Assembly: GCA_963924565.1 (NCBI GenBank)
Contig: OZ004613.1
Location: forward strand, 13,454,001-13,518,000
DNA from: Ascidiella aspersa
Lineage: Eukaryota
Reading direction: 5' to 3'
DNA: 64,000 bases
The translations under genes were made by a program, and so were the position numbers. This document shows positions 23,801 through 37,775 of this stretch, in pieces (the first letter of the stretch is position 1; every line of letters begins with the position of its first letter). The notes beneath the pieces are model-generated. The model searched no databases. It was not told the origin of the DNA and saw nothing but the letters and a program-made list of their open reading frames with translations.

Positions 23801-26800
23801 TTAAAAAGTTTGACCTGTGGCTTTCGAAAGGTTTAAAGAAGCTTTATTTTATTTTTGTTAAACTATGGAGCCCTTGGATGCAAGTCAGTGCACAAGCCTA
23901 CCTTGCATTGAACGTACATAAACACCATTCCGCCGGTAAAACCGATGGCAACTACAATCAACTTGGTCCAGAACGGCCACTGCAGCTTGCCTATAGAAAA
24001 AAGCCGTTGAAATTTCATTTTAGGTTATTTGGAACAGTGTTTTTAGTTGAACGCGACAAACATAGGCTGAGAGGCAATGAAAAAGGCAAAAATTTAAAAT
24101 TGCTGTACAGTCAGCGTGATTAATCCTTTACATTAGCAATTTAAAAAACATGTTGCCTGTTTCGAGCGTGGGCAATTTATGACGCTTTTGTCCTGTGATT
24201 TTATTAACCACAATGAAGTTCTGTAAATCGATAACAAAAGGCCGACCTTACAAAGTTACATGCCATAACAAATAAAATTTACTATCTAGAAATGCACGAG
24301 AAAACACACAAGAGCCGTTTGGTTTATTCTTGATGTAAATTGAAAACATTTCGGGCCGATCTGTCGTGCGAACTGGATTGACAGCTATTTTTTTTATTAT
24401 TTTGAAATCGATTTTTTACTGTGTTATTTTTTCATTATTTTGTTAGGCGAACTTTAATAAAAAATGATTGTTACACTTACAGCGTGGTCTTTTATGTAAT
24501 TTGTGAAAGACTAACTATCTGTTCTTTAGATGTAAGCAAAAAAAGTTAGACACACTAAAATATATTAAAAACAAGAGGCACTTTTATCTATTCTTTAATA
24601 CGGCAAACACGGCTGTTAACCAAAATTTATTAAAAATATTTTTTTTAACAAAATAATTCTCACCATAGGATTCTTTTGTTTAGTTTTGTTAACGTAAATT
24701 TTATTTTCAAAACTTTTCAAAGCTGAATTTAGAAGGCTCGTTCCTTGCGCAGTTTGTAAGTTCGTATTTTTCGGTCGGGCTAACAAAAAAATCGGATTTT
24801 TTTACCGTCTTTAAATTCGGCGGCAGTCCTTTCGATGAGAACGTAGAGCGACCAGACGACGCAGGTGATGGCGATGACGTGGAACATCACCGAGCAAATT
24901 ATTTTTCTTCGCTCGCTCGTCGACATCGACAGCTTTTCCCACTGGGACACCAAAAACGTTTTTCGTATTGATTTTCGCCGCGTTTTTCAAATGCACAAGC
25001 AACTGGCGAAGGTGCTTTGCGCGAACGAAAGTTCGGTGATTTTTGCAGCATGTACTGTACACTGTAGTATACAGCCAATTCAAACAATACACGCACTTTA
25101 ATATACTCAGAAAAAAATAACATACACACTCTTAACAATAGTACAAACCCTGATAAAAAGTAAGCGGTTTTTAGGGTTGGGATAACCCGAACACAAACGT
25201 TAGGTTTGAGAATTAATCGATTGAATTAAAAAGGTTATAAAAATTAAATTTTATTGTGTAATTTTAGGTAAACAAGGCAATGAAATGACTGCGATGTTTG
25301 ACGCTGGTGCCGCGAATTGAAAACACTCAAACAAGACAGAATTGTATACCTTTGTGATTGGCTTGAGCTTCGAATTCATGGCAAAGTGAAAACCGCACAA
25401 CTCACAGTGCTTGTAATCTGCAGAAATAAATGCACGCATGTCACCGAAATATTCGTCACAGTGCTAAAAGCAAGATCTTCCTTTGAAAATTTAACATTAT
25501 TTACTAAGCCAATCATTTACGTTCACAAAATTGAGATTTAAAAAGTACAAATGTACAGCCAAGAGAACTAAGAAAACAGTTTTAAACCCCCTTTTATGGA
25601 AGTTGAACAAAATGCATTAGTATCCAGTTGAACCATACTTTTGATGAAGGCAACACTTGCTTTTTTAAGTAACATGCTTTTCCAAAAATCAAAAGATTTA
25701 AAGAAGGCTAAACGATTGTAACCTAATTACATTATAGTCATATAAAAACGTGCTACATTGTGCAATGATGAGAACTAGCTAATTTGCTTTAAACACCGTG
25801 CTTCCTCAAAATCACGCGTTTCAGATGGGCGGTGAATAAAACATACAAAATTAAGGGTCGACGACCCGAACTTCTCGACAGAGCTACATAAGTTATACCT
25901 GAACTTTTGATCCACTGCTGAAGACAGGACTGGTGAACGAACTCCAGAGAGCCTTTGCAGCGGCAGGGGGCAATCAACGGACCGGACTCTGGGTTGCTAT
26001 CGCAGTGACAAATACGACACAAACTCGCCTGGTAAGAAAAGGTTTGACGTCAGATCGAACCGTCCATCGGTCAAGTAACTACTGGCATCGGGTTCGCAAA
26101 TAATGCGCATTTTAAATGCGTGCGCCGTACATTCATATCGGATTGCAAGTCGTGTAAAACAATAACCGAGCAAACACCGCCAATTTGTTTTAAGTTCGTG
26201 TTTTGTTTGGATTTTTGCAATAAATGGAGCAATTCAAGTTTAGAACAAGTCGTAACGACAATAATAATGTGCAAATCTGATTTTTTCGCCAACTAGATTT
26301 TTCTCTTTTTTGTGAAAATACAATATCTCCGTTTTAAATGTTAAGTTTTCTTGCATGATATTTTAATCTATTATTGAAAGGATTGAAAACGATTTCGCAC
26401 TAGGTAAAAATACTAAATTGTTTCATAAGCGTCCACTACTTATTATAAATACGCCGTTTAGAAACTGACCCATATTTTCCATAACACATTAAACGGCTTT
26501 AAAATGAAAATAATACTAGCAGCCAGCAAAAATGCCCAACCGTATAAAAAGTCTTGCACCTAGTCCACCCACGTGGACAACACAGTGGTTCTTAACCGCC
26601 AGTCCGCATCAATTTTACTGCCGATCCGCGTATTATATTACAATTTTAAAGTTAGAACTTCGCCAGTTCCGTAATTTGCAGCATTGTGACGTAACATGGC
26701 GTAAATGAACTATGTTTGACTCCATCGTTCGTCACAATGCAGCAAGTGTTGTGGCCAAATGTTTACTAGTAGGCTACAACTCGTTTAAGTCCTAAGCTTT

Positions 26801-28372
26801 AAGACCAGTTGTATGCGAAAGCGAAGAAGACTTTTAGATACATAGTTTTGTCTCAATTACATTTTGGATGGATTTTGATTTTTGAAGATCCACCGGTCCG
26901 CAAATTTGTTTTGAAATTTTACCGGCCTGTAAGCTAAAAAGGTTCCAAACCATTGGCCTATAACGCGAATATAACCAGCGCAATATCACACAGGGACAAC
27001 AATAGAGCGTTCAATGGCATCAGCAATCACCATTGAGTATTCGGAAGGCGACTTTTCCAGTTCTTCAGCTTTGATCTGCTTGTTAGCGGCGGCGTTCAGC
27101 TCCTGGCCGCAGTTCTCGCACGTATTCGACCTTGGCGGGGGCGGGTTGGTCATCTCGGCGTCCTTGGCCAGCTTGACCAGGCGCTCTTTGGTCAGTCTCT
27201 TGGCCGGAGCGTCGTCGTCCGCGCTAATAGCGTCGCCTTCCCGCGACACTTGGGGGTTGACGCGCACGCCCTCTGAAAGGTGTGCTTCGTTCTCACAGTG
27301 GAACTGTTGTTGCGGTCCAGCCTCGGTAGACGTTACGATTTCGTTGGCCTAAATGTAGCAGAAAGGGGTTTAGGTGCGGTTCGGAGGTCATAGGGAAAAG
27401 TCCAAAGTTTTCTCCAGTGTTGTAAACTATTTTGAAATGACCTAAGTCGTAGACGAGTCACTTGAAATAATTGTCAAAGTTAAGTCCAAGTCCAAGTCTT
27501 TTCACTACAAGTCAATTCCAAGTCAAGTCATTTGCATCAAAACAAATCTAAAGCGGTAATTTCTTTTGCCCTAATAACTTAAGTTCGTATCAAGCCATTT
27601 ATCTAAAACACTTTAAATCCTTTAAAAAAGGTGCACTTAATTTAGATTATGCACTTTTCCAACACTGGATTTCTCACGAAAGCAACTCATCGCTCTCCGC
27701 GTTGAAATTTGAAACTAACTGGAAGTCTTGTTTAAATATTTATTTTTTGTTTTTTTATGCATTATTGGAAAACGTTGTTCTGTCCACGAAACTCATCGGT
27801 AGTCTATCGACGCAAAATGTACAAACAAAATCGTTAATGAGAAATGAAAAGCATGGCAAATTTAAAGCGACCATGCAGTTTTATAGGTTTGGAAGTTAAA
27901 CAATACACAGTTCCTACGTTGCAAATTGTTAAGAATAACATTTTTTTTCATAAGACTCCATAATAATAGAGAGCCATCATTCGAGTAAAAAGTTTTGCGG
28001 CTTACGCGTAAAAAAGGGTCGTGGCAAAAAGTTTAAGTTTTTCCAAATCGACTTGGAAAAGAAAAAAGCCCGTTGAGCGCGCGCCGTTAAGTTCGATGTG
28101 AAACCTGCCTTGTCACTGTCGGAGTTTTCGTTTTGCGGCTCTTCTGCCAGCAGCCGCGACTCGGTGCTGCTTCCCTTAGTCACATGAACGGCGAAGTGGC
28201 GCAGTTCGACGCCTCCGTCCAACGAGGAGGGCGTCTCTTCCCGCATCCTTAGCGAATCGACGAGCTGACGTCGCTCCTGGTTTGGCGAATCGCTGCTGTC
28301 TCCGATCAAAGGCGTTCGGCTGCTGGATGCGCTTGGGGGAAACTCGTCGCAGGCCGTTTCGGCATTCTGCAT
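17853..28372 (-). CDS. MARCHF8: Membrane-associated RING-CH E3 ubiquitin ligase, MARCH1/MARCH8 co-ortholog, 8 coding exons, 411 aa
   Basis: Exons 28372-28109, 27348-27031, 26028-25899, 25417-25350, 24941-24806, 23990-23902, 23105-23027, 18004-17853 (1236 nt in frame). RINGv [30 protein letters not shown]; TM1 [36 protein letters not shown]; TM2 [26 protein letters not shown]; [19 protein letters not shown]. The first and last exons are less certain, and the frame is open upstream of the ATG to the acceptor at 28394. Confidence 0.88.
18522..18684. repeat. Minisatellite: alternating 22- and 25-bp monomers (47-bp higher-order unit x3.5)
   Basis: GCAACATTTTTACATTAAATTA (A) and GCAACATTTTTACATTAAATATACC (B) in the order ABABABA, perfect copies. 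Confidence 0.95.
19170..21309 (+). pseudogene. Decayed intron-containing gene of unknown family, antisense within MARCH intron
   Basis: Frame 19994-20701 (~236 codons, Lys/Arg/Ser/Pro-rich) is interrupted only by TGA at 20249 and 20318. An overlapping frame continues acidic to ~21005. Exon-like blocks follow AG acceptors at ~19171, ~19526 and ~21074, and AATAAA is at 21304. Confidence 0.4.
19742..19877. repeat. Perfect 68-bp tandem duplication
   Basis: aaaccttttttgggacattccggg...cagcaaaggcacg at 19742-19809 and 19810-19877. Confidence 0.95.
23357..23516. mobile_element. hAT-like MITE (TAGA termini, CCGAT/ATCGG subterminal repeats)
   Basis: Imperfect TIRs TAGAGATCGACCG / CGGACTATATCTA; 8-bp TSD TTAGATTC / TTGGATTC (7/8). 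Confidence 0.7.
26583..26955. mobile_element. Degenerate hAT-type MITE
   Basis: Starts CAGTGGTTCTTAACC and ends AAAAAGGTTCCAAACCATTG, with GTCCGC subterminal motifs. No TSD recognisable. Confidence 0.45.
27415..27540 (+). mobile_element. End of a dispersed DNA-element family with CAGTGTTGTAAAC terminus and AAGTC repeats
   Basis: CAGTGTTGTAAAC followed by repeated (C)AAGTC. The reverse-complement terminus GTTTACAACACTG, preceded by GACTT repeats, is at ~45200-45352, and a degenerate copy is at ~42711-42790. Confidence 0.55.
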
Positions 28373-31300
28373 GCTAACGCCACTTCCCTTATATCTAAAA
28401 AACAAAGAGAAGAACTATGCGTTATACCAAAGACAAAGCGGCTCCCTGTTCGTTTCGCCGAAGCAATTTTACTGCGAGTGGGCGAAGCTCGGAAACATTA
28501 CAACAGCGCCAAAAACAAACCACAAGCACTAGAAATGCTGTTTTCAAGTTTTTTTTTCGTTGACAAATGGTCTCACAGAAATTTAAACTAACTGTTGCTT
28601 TGCTTGAGACTACTCACTAGCCTGTCCTAAAATTACAACTAATATATACATAAAATTATTGAGCTAGACGGTAGAAGCGTGTTCAAACTTAACACTGCGA
28701 TGCATGTTCCATTGCGACAATTTTAATTTTTTGCTCTTAAGGTTCATAACGTAAAAGGTAGTTTCTTAACCATTTGAACGCAAGAGAGATTACAAAGGGA
28801 ATGCATTGTTTTTCCTATACTAGTACCAAACGACGCACAAACACTATTCTAGAGAATTTCAACGTGCCATTTTCGGGGCTCATATTGCAATCGATTTTAA
28901 CGAATGTTCGCTGTTCACGTAAGCCAACAATACAGCCCTGCACTGCAGCACCTATAACCTCATTGTGAATAGCAGTAAAATACCAGATCGCAATGTAACA
29001 GCAGGAAATGACAAATCGAGTGAATCCAGCCCGAGCTGATTTCCACACAACTGGGTGACGAGAAATACAACCTAAAAACGCGACAGACTGTCGGAGACCA
29101 CATGAACAGAAGCTGCCGTTATTTTTTACAGCAGTTGAATAAAAAAACAATTGAAACGCAGTTTGCGCGCTTCTGTATTTGGTTGATAACAGTTTGTCAC
29201 AATTTTGTCACGTAACTTTATGTTTATGTATACGATGGCCACCATGAAATCACTAGACCGGTATATGACTTCGTATATCCTCGAAAACTAGGTCCATACT
29301 ACTATAGACGAAGCGACCGAATATTACACCTAGCTCAATAGAACCAATTAAGCCAGGTTGTTGCCAATGACCGGTTAATTTTAGAAACACTGTTTTCGTG
29401 CATTGAAAGTGCGTGCTCATTTAGTGAGGAAATCGATTACGCGCATTTCATGTCAAGGTCAATATGGGCTGGTGGTGGTTTGCACGGGTCAGCATATGTC
29501 GGGCGCTTTAGAACCGGCGAAATGACGGCTTAGGTGAGATGAAAGAAGCTAGCGATTCGAATTGAAAATCATAATTATCCCCGAACAACATTACAGGAAA
29601 GCCAATCAAGTTAATTTGTCGGATTCGCAAAAATTATCTATTTACTGTTTTGCGGTCTGTAAATCGTACGTATTTTTCTGCGACTATAGTGTGTTTGATT
29701 TTTTATTGCAAAAATTCCAAACAGATTATTTCAACTTTTACTGTTAGCACATGCATACCAGGCGTATCTAACCAATAGCAAAAACACACTCTTCAACATT
29801 TCGCAACCTGTTCGTAATAAAATGACTGGCCGCAATTAAAAAATGCAAAATATTCAAGCCTTTCTTTGGCACTGTTCGTTTGTTCGTAATCAAGATAAAG
29901 TAGCCTAAATTGCGATATGATTAGACTAGTATTGGATAATAGACTTGCATTAGTCGGTTATTTTCCAAACAACATTTCCAGCGAAGGCAAAAGAAACGCT
30001 ACACGCCACATTAGCACAAAAAAAACATGATTTGCAGCTGGCAAATTCGCACTCCTGAAATAATGTTATTACAGCACGACCTTTGGGGGTATCTATACTG
30101 GCCCAATGTGACAAGCAATAAACTAATGTGACCAACCTTCCTCGAGGTAAATATCTGTCTATTTACATGCTTGACATGTCACGGAAACGTCCAACTCGAA
30201 GGGTAACGAAAACGCGGCTTTCAGAAGTACAATCGCTGCGGGTGCACAGCCAAAAAAGCCTGACGCAGCCAATTAAATCGAAAGCCGGCAACAGTCGCCG
30301 ACTTGAATAGCAGGATGCACACCAGAATACAACGCAGCTGGAGAGTGTTAGAACTGATAAACAATTTTTCTGTACATTTTACAGCAGCTAACGTGACACT
30401 CTGGAAAGCACAAGCCTCCCAAATTAACAAAGGCTGCAGATTATTTTGGCAAACATTAAACAACTTGAAAACATGGACACTTACAAAGCTTAATCCTTTC
30501 GACCTTTTCGTGAGCCAGTTCTTGACTAAACAGGACTGGCTAAAACAAAAGCGATCTGCGCTGCCTAAATTTCCTGCATTTATCCAGGCGTTTCATTCAG
30601 GCAGTCTCAATTTCGGGGCCATTCTACCGAAGACTTCGATGCGGTTGAAAGGCGCGTAGGTGACACGGCTTGTTTATGCCAATGGAAAAGCGACTTGGCT
30701 GTGACTTGCATTCCCCTGAGACGAGAGTTCGTTAGGTCGTGCATATTGCCATTACAGTTCCCGAACGCAACAGGAACAATTGCAAGTCGATCGGTTCCCG
30801 GCTTACTATAACACTAGAACGTTGTTTTTACTAAGTGACTGACGATGGCGCAAAACGGCGATGTAAATTTCCCGTAAATATCCGCAAAAATCACATCACC
30901 GCCACGGCTGCCTTCACTCTATCCAGTGTTAAATTAATATTGAAAAAAAACTAGTTAGGCTTGCCGAAAAACAACACCAGATGAAGGAATAGTCTCACAC
31001 AGCAGGGTAAACTTTAAGCATTAGTGTGGCCTTGTTTGGCTTTTCAGAATGGTTAAAACATGGACAAAACTTATTCCGCATATATTGGATTGCCTGAAAG
31101 TCAATTAGTAACACAAATATATTTTGTTAAAAAAGTAATTACAAATAATTGCTGCACACTTTAAAACCTCTCAAAATACGCTGTTGTGCCGCTGTGCACA
31201 GTTTCAACAAGGACTGGTCTATCTTATACGGCAGGTTTGGAAGATCTATTTTAAAATAACAGTACCACTGTCATAAACTGTTCTTTCAACAAAACAATAG

Positions 31301-34300
31301 GCTGTGACCTTCGGCAGTTACTTCAGTCGAAATCAGTGGCACCAATAATCGACCACCTGAGCTAAACGCGTTATAAACTCGCTTGCAGCTCAATTGACTT
31401 CGTTGTTACGTACGGTGACGTCATGGATCGGTGGGGAAGGGAGGACACAGCGATCGATTAAAATCTGTCGTCGTCGCGTGTCGCGGACGTTAATCCCGTC
31501 GCCAGGGCATTGACGTGTGTCGCGGGGAGGAACTACTACAGGCTTAATTTAGGTAATGAAGGCGCACGATGACCATTCAGCGGTCTCGGTAAGGTCGGGC
31601 TAGCAGACTGTACAGCTTCATCCGTTGACATGGACACCTTAAGGTTAAGTCGCCGAAAATAGCTGTCGACTATGTATTTACGGCGCGAGGTTAAACTCAG
31701 AAATGCGATGTTTATCAAAGCAAAGAGCGCTTTATTTTCGCTCAGACTTTTGAGGAAGTGCCGGCCTTCGTTTGACCAAGAGCGAAATGCGATCATAATT
31801 AATTAATCATTGGACGCCGAATGTGCAATCCATCTTGTTGATCAGAATTGAAATTCGGCGACTCACACCCAGGCATTTGTCGGGTTTGTATTTCCCTCTA
31901 TTGCCAATGTACGGGGTGATCCTGCGGTCGGACGGGTCGTCTTTTCTAGGACTTCCTTTAACCGTTACAACGGACTTTAAAACCTAAGAACAGAACAAGA
32001 GCCTCTAATGTTTCTCTGAACGGACTGCTATCTTGCCGGCCCAGCGCATTATTACAAACTACTTGGAAGATTTTAACGATCTGTTGTTTCAGCCGGTCGG
32101 TCAGACGTCAGCAGTGGAACCTCAGGTCTAAAACAACGGGAGTGACGACTGAACGAATTCTGGTTGCAGACTGTTGCAGTGGCTGTGTTATACCACAACG
32201 TGCTAAACTATTTCTCGGAAACGTTGTATTTCTGTACTTTAACAACATATGTCCGAACCACAGGCCGAACAGCAAATATCACCAACAGCAAATGAAATAC
32301 ATGCAAACCAAACAACGCATTAAAGGCATGTACCCAAATAAATTTGCAGCAGAATATCAGTTTAAAACGCTGGAAACTGCCTGTAGAGCAACGCCAGTTA
32401 GAATACACACAAAACACACAAAAACACGCATATCCAGTACAAGGTCACAGCAACCCTTTTCGCAGCTAGCGTAAACAAATCGACGAGGTTATTGGCGATG
32501 CCAATTGGTGCCTGCACACAACTGAAGCATATGCGCTTGCTTGAGATACGTTTACGATGGCCATATGTCCTGTCTGGCTTGTATACCTCACTTACTGGCG
32601 GCGGGGTATAACAGACTGATTAAATTGTCGCCGTAACATAAGCCTGGCAGTTACAATCCCGGCTGATTAACACTTCTGCTAAATAAGCGTTTTTTTTCCT
32701 TTTCGGATGGCAAGCGATAGACTGACAAAACCTTTGCAAAGTGAGTGCAGCTTTCTGCGAGTTTCCTTCAAAGCTGGTAACGCAAAATGTCCAATTGACT
32801 CTCGAGCGGCTAAATTCGGATTAACGCAGCGCCGGGGCGATCTCGGCCAACTGAATTATTCATGCCGCGGGACAGGAGCGGCGTGGACCCTCTGTCTCTC
32901 CCTTCGCTCTCTTTACCGACCATCGATCGCAGAACTGCTGTTGCCTTTGGTTTTCGCGCGGGGCGGGACGACGGGTCGCCCAACTCGCCAGACAGAAAGA
33001 AAGACAGTTGAACTTGCCCGTCCACTTTTTCCAAACAATTAGGGACCTATCGCACTGGATGCTCATCGGTTCTCGTCTAATATCAAGTTCACTTTGAGGT
33101 GTTATCGATATGATACGAAATTAACTTGAGTTAAGTTAACCAAGATTCCTAGAGCGCCAAAGCAAAATTTGGCTAAACAAATTGTTTAGGCACCAGATAA
33201 AAATATAAATTCTACCAATTCTATGCGCGGGTTGAAAAAAAAAGAGAGCTTGCCATTTTCTACCTTCTAAACCAGCCGCTACAGCCGCTGCGTATGTCAG
33301 CCTTCGCTCGGTGACCAGCTGACTTGAGAGTTAGGGCCAAGGCAGAATAAGCGCGTGTACATCGGAGCCGGTGCACAGACGAAAGTCACCGTTTATAAAT
33401 ATTTTTTCAATTATTAACAAGGTTTTTCGAGGGTGGGGTGAAGGCGTTGAGAGTTGCTGGCGAAATTTGACACAGATGTCATACTTAAAACAAACGGTTT
33501 CAGAGCGCCATGCCGTTTTCTTTTTGCAAGGAATGTTTAAAAGTTTTGTTATTACTTAAGGAAAACAATGACAAAAATGTAAATATGAAAAAGTCGTAAC
33601 TACGCATAGAAATTATACAGCAAAAAAACTAGATTAATCGACAAAAGTCAGTGAAAATCCGTAGTGACTCTGCAAAACAATCAAAACCATACAGCAAAAA
33701 AACATTGCAAAATCAGAATAAGAAATAACTTATTAGGAAAAAATAATACACTTGTGTGTTCCGTCTCGTTGAATAACATAAAATGACAGACTTTTAGGGA
33801 ACAAGGATAAAATCGCAGGAGCGTGAAACAGTGCTTGTTCACAATATCAACAGTTCGTGGCCTGTAATATATATTGAGGTACACTAGTATCCTTCATTTA
33901 TAGCGCTGTATAACCATAGATTAGGATCAGGCTTTGGTCGAAGTGCGGCCAGCATTGATGTCAATTTACGAGTTCTATAGCCCTATCGATTTGCCGCAAA
34001 ACAGGGTCAGGACTGACAATTACGAGTATGCGGCAAGTAATACAACTGCATGACAGGAACCATAGAACACTTTTTCGAAGAAATCGCGTTGTTTCTGTCT
34101 CGTTGCATTTTTTATCTTTCGTCTACTCTTGCTTGTATGAGTCAATTTTGCGGACGCTTGAGTTTCGAGGCTCTCGGTATATTTTTTCACTTTTGTTGGT
34201 CCGGATGCTTAACTGCTTTATGCAAAGCAGCTAAAAATAGTCGACAAAGTGTGGTGTAAATAAGGAACCTTTGAGAAAGGAATAAACTGGCCCTAATAGT

Positions 34301-37300
34301 TTCGTGATTACGTCACTGTTAAGGTCTTACGTTTCACAAACTGTGTGGCGGCTATGTAATGTACTTTAGCGCCGCGACGACTCTTCTTTTCTGGTGATAC
34401 TCGAAGCTCTTGTAATGTCGGTGAGTCCTGTAGAGTGTAACTTCTTCATTCAAAGAGATGATGGTCGTACCCAGCCGATAGGTTCAACAACATTTGATTA
34501 AATATGCATTTTTTCACCGGGTAGATAGCCCAATTGAACCAACAACGAAAAAAATCAATTTATTATTGCGGGGAATGCATATGCTTCTTCTGTCCAATGC
34601 GATCGATACTGGACCCTAGTCTTGCTCATGGCGCTGATCCCGTAATAAATTCGCGCATGACGCTGAAGGCATATATCGGAAAGCGCTGTTTCAAGTGTAT
34701 AGCTAAGCGAAACTAGGTGTAAGCTGCAGTGGTTACTGCTGCTGAGCACGAGCATCGATTAGTTTGGGCGCTGCGAAGCAGTAGAGGGTTCACGCGGGTT
34801 CGCGCGGATCACTAATCGTGGTGATTGGTTCGCGACCTTCAGTCCGGCCGGTCTACACGAAGAAAAAAGGCGATGGACAGAGGCAAGGTCGACCTTTGCA
34901 TCGCCAATAGTTGGAAGGAACTATAGGCCCGACAAGGATTCTTGTTGTTATTTTGTAAAAATTGTCCACCTCGAAACTAATACAATATTTTGATCAGCAT
35001 AGAATGATAAGGAGAGACAAACATAATGGTTTATGAACGTCTTTCTGGTTATTACTAATAACATATTAGGCATTTATCTTTCAATAAATTTTTAACGCTT
35101 TAAACTACATTCGTTGTAACATAATTAGCATATTTTGTCTTCCTGACAATTAGCATAAGCCTAAACGCTTAGCGGCGCAACTGTTGTATCAAACATAAAT
35201 GAAATTTAGCAATAAAGCCTTTATTTATTCTTTATTTGAAAAAGGCCGTGGGTAAGATTGATCACAAAGACGTCGAAAACTGAAAACCTAAATATAGCCG
35301 GTTTCCGCTGTTTGTATCTTTTGAGAGTTCAGTGTGATAGTAGACTTTAATACGAGCAACCTTTTTTCCAACTTTTATACACATGGTTTTAAACAACACA
35401 AAACAAAGTGCCTTTAAAAAAAACATCAGACAGAAAAATGGACTTTCATAACGGGCGTTTTAAAAGTATAAATTAGCTTTAAAGTAAGCATTTACGTATG
35501 ATCCAAGAAAATGGGAAACCAGTATTCGTGTGAATGTTTTTGACGACGGACTGCATGAATCACACCTGTGGTCTGTGGCCGGAAGTAAATTCTGCGGCAA
35601 ACTGTGTTTGTCAAGTCTCAAAACTATCTTGCTTGTACGGTAACCAAAGGTTAATGTTTGCTATTTCGTAGTACGTATGGGCAGCTTTACTATGAGCTAC
35701 GTCATCCGTTACTTAGCTTCGTACACCAGTTCTCAGCGTTCGAAATATTGGCATAGGACACTGCAACCATCAGACGCTGTGATTTTCGAGCCATGCGATT
35801 GCGATGAACGCTATACTTGTGCTGCAAATTTTCAAATCGCCCAATTCTATAAAAGCAAAATAAATGCCTTTAACGTTCATTATCGCCCACTACTGCACCT
35901 TTTTTTAAATCGGCAGCGTAACATTGACGGAGACACTTTTTTGGTAACCTGGTACAAACCACAAACCGGGTGCAGATTTAAATCTGTTATCTGTGCAGGC
36001 CTGTGCCCAGCCAACACTTTTCCTGGTACTGGCATTATACTGTTTCATTCATTTCTTGTGGGCAAATCTAAGCTGCCGTTCAAGCATTTGCATTTCTTCG
36101 GCACCATAAGCAATGGTTCGCTGTAAAACGTTTAGCACAACAGATGCTTTACTTTTAAATGCGGTCTGAACGAATGCAACATAAAAACATATTCACTGCG
36201 CAAAGCTGTCGTTTCCGTTCAACGGTCTGGCCTATACGGCTGACAGGCAATTTTCAGTGCCGTTTTGCAGTTTTATCGACACCGATGTGAAGACTTGCAA
36301 CCAGCACAATAAATGATGACATACAATGCTTGTCAGCTAGGCGTAGGTTTATCAACAAATTGCCAAACAGAGACTTGAACTTCTAAACCGCTGTAAATTG
36401 AAATAAGGTGGCACAGTAGGGCACTATCGATATTCCAGCTTCAGTAAATTGCTTAGCAAGGAAATAATCTGCTTGTGTAATCATTAAAAGGGTTAAGCGC
36501 ATTAACACAAAACGCTTCTTACGCCCATGTTTCTTCGACTGCCGATTGATTGCGTTGGAACCAAGGCGGTATACATAATGGCTTGTTGAACCTCCATGGC
36601 AACATTGGGCTTGCTTTTAATTCCAGTCGAAAATGCGAGTGGTCGTCTTTATGCTGGCAGAAAATTTAATTTTCGGTCCAAATCCTGGTGTTTCGCCGTT
36701 AAGCCTATTTTACAATGACTTATCCTGTTGTTTTCGTCGTTAAAGCCTATTTTACAATAACCTCTTAAAAGTGGCTACAAATGCGGAAAAGCAATGGAAC
36801 AAATAACAGAGTTAGCTCAAAAGAGCGATCCAGTGTGACATTTTAAGCCACTTTTCTATAGCTTATTTATCACTAGAAACGAGGGGTTACCAATCAGCAC
36901 TCACCCGGACAAACTTAGACTCGCCCATAAAGTGTATAGGGACGGCGTGTGCTAATTTCAGTCGTATTAGCTTGAGTAAAAAAGTCAACCGCCTTTTTAT
37001 TTTAGACCCTTCTATATAATACTGGCAATGCTGTCCAAGAATGTTTCGCAAACTATTAAATGCGTAGGAATTTCAACCATGTGCGATTTGCTTGTTAAAT
37101 TCGTTGACGAAGTTGTGCAGGCGTTTATCGTACGTGGTTTATCCAATATAATTGGCTTTCGATATTTGGCGTTTTGCATGGCAGATCAGAATATTAAGTC
37201 CAGTAGTTTCTGACACTAAACTTATTTTACTTTTGAGTGCTAGCCAGGCATGAGAATTTTTGCCAGTTGGACTAGTGGGTGTCAGCACTCGCCCGGAGTG

Positions 37301-37596
37301 AATCGCACTCTCAACAGCGGTCAAATGTACAACCCAAACCTAAATGGGCAAAATCGCTCAACCATTGCGAAGGAGAACGAGCAGCCAATAATAGAACATG
37401 TTTTCGTTTTGGCAACCGGCCGCGAATCGATTCCGAGCTTGCCATTTCCCAGTAGGCAATCACGGACGCCCGTCAATTTGCGGTTGAAAAAAGAACACCC
37501 GACAAATGTGGCTATATGAGCGAATCAAAGAAGTAAAATATTTTATATATCCGATCGTTTGGGAATTAAAGCATAGTTTTTGCACTCGGAACGTTT

Positions 37597-37775
37597 TTCA
37601 TCGGAAATCTGTATTTATTAGAAATGTCGTATGTAGGATATTTTTTACAGAGAAAATAAGAATTTACAAATCACTGACTTATGATTCATCGGAAATGTGT
37701 ATTTATTAGAAATGTCGTATATAGGACATTTTTTTTACTAGAGAAAATAGGAATTTACAAATTACAGACATATGA
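37597..37775. repeat. Imperfect ~88-bp tandem duplication
   Basis: ttcatcggaaat..tatttattagaaatgtcgtat..gagaaaata.gaatttacaaat..tatga starting at 37597 and 37685. Confidence 0.9.

Noticed and set aside
30924-31216. Possible CAGT...ACTG MITE
   Set aside because: TIR match is only a few bases and the TSD is out of register.
35677-36126. 149-aa + strand ORF
   Set aside because: No recognisable motif or splice-consistent partner exons; composition is compatible with a chance ORF.
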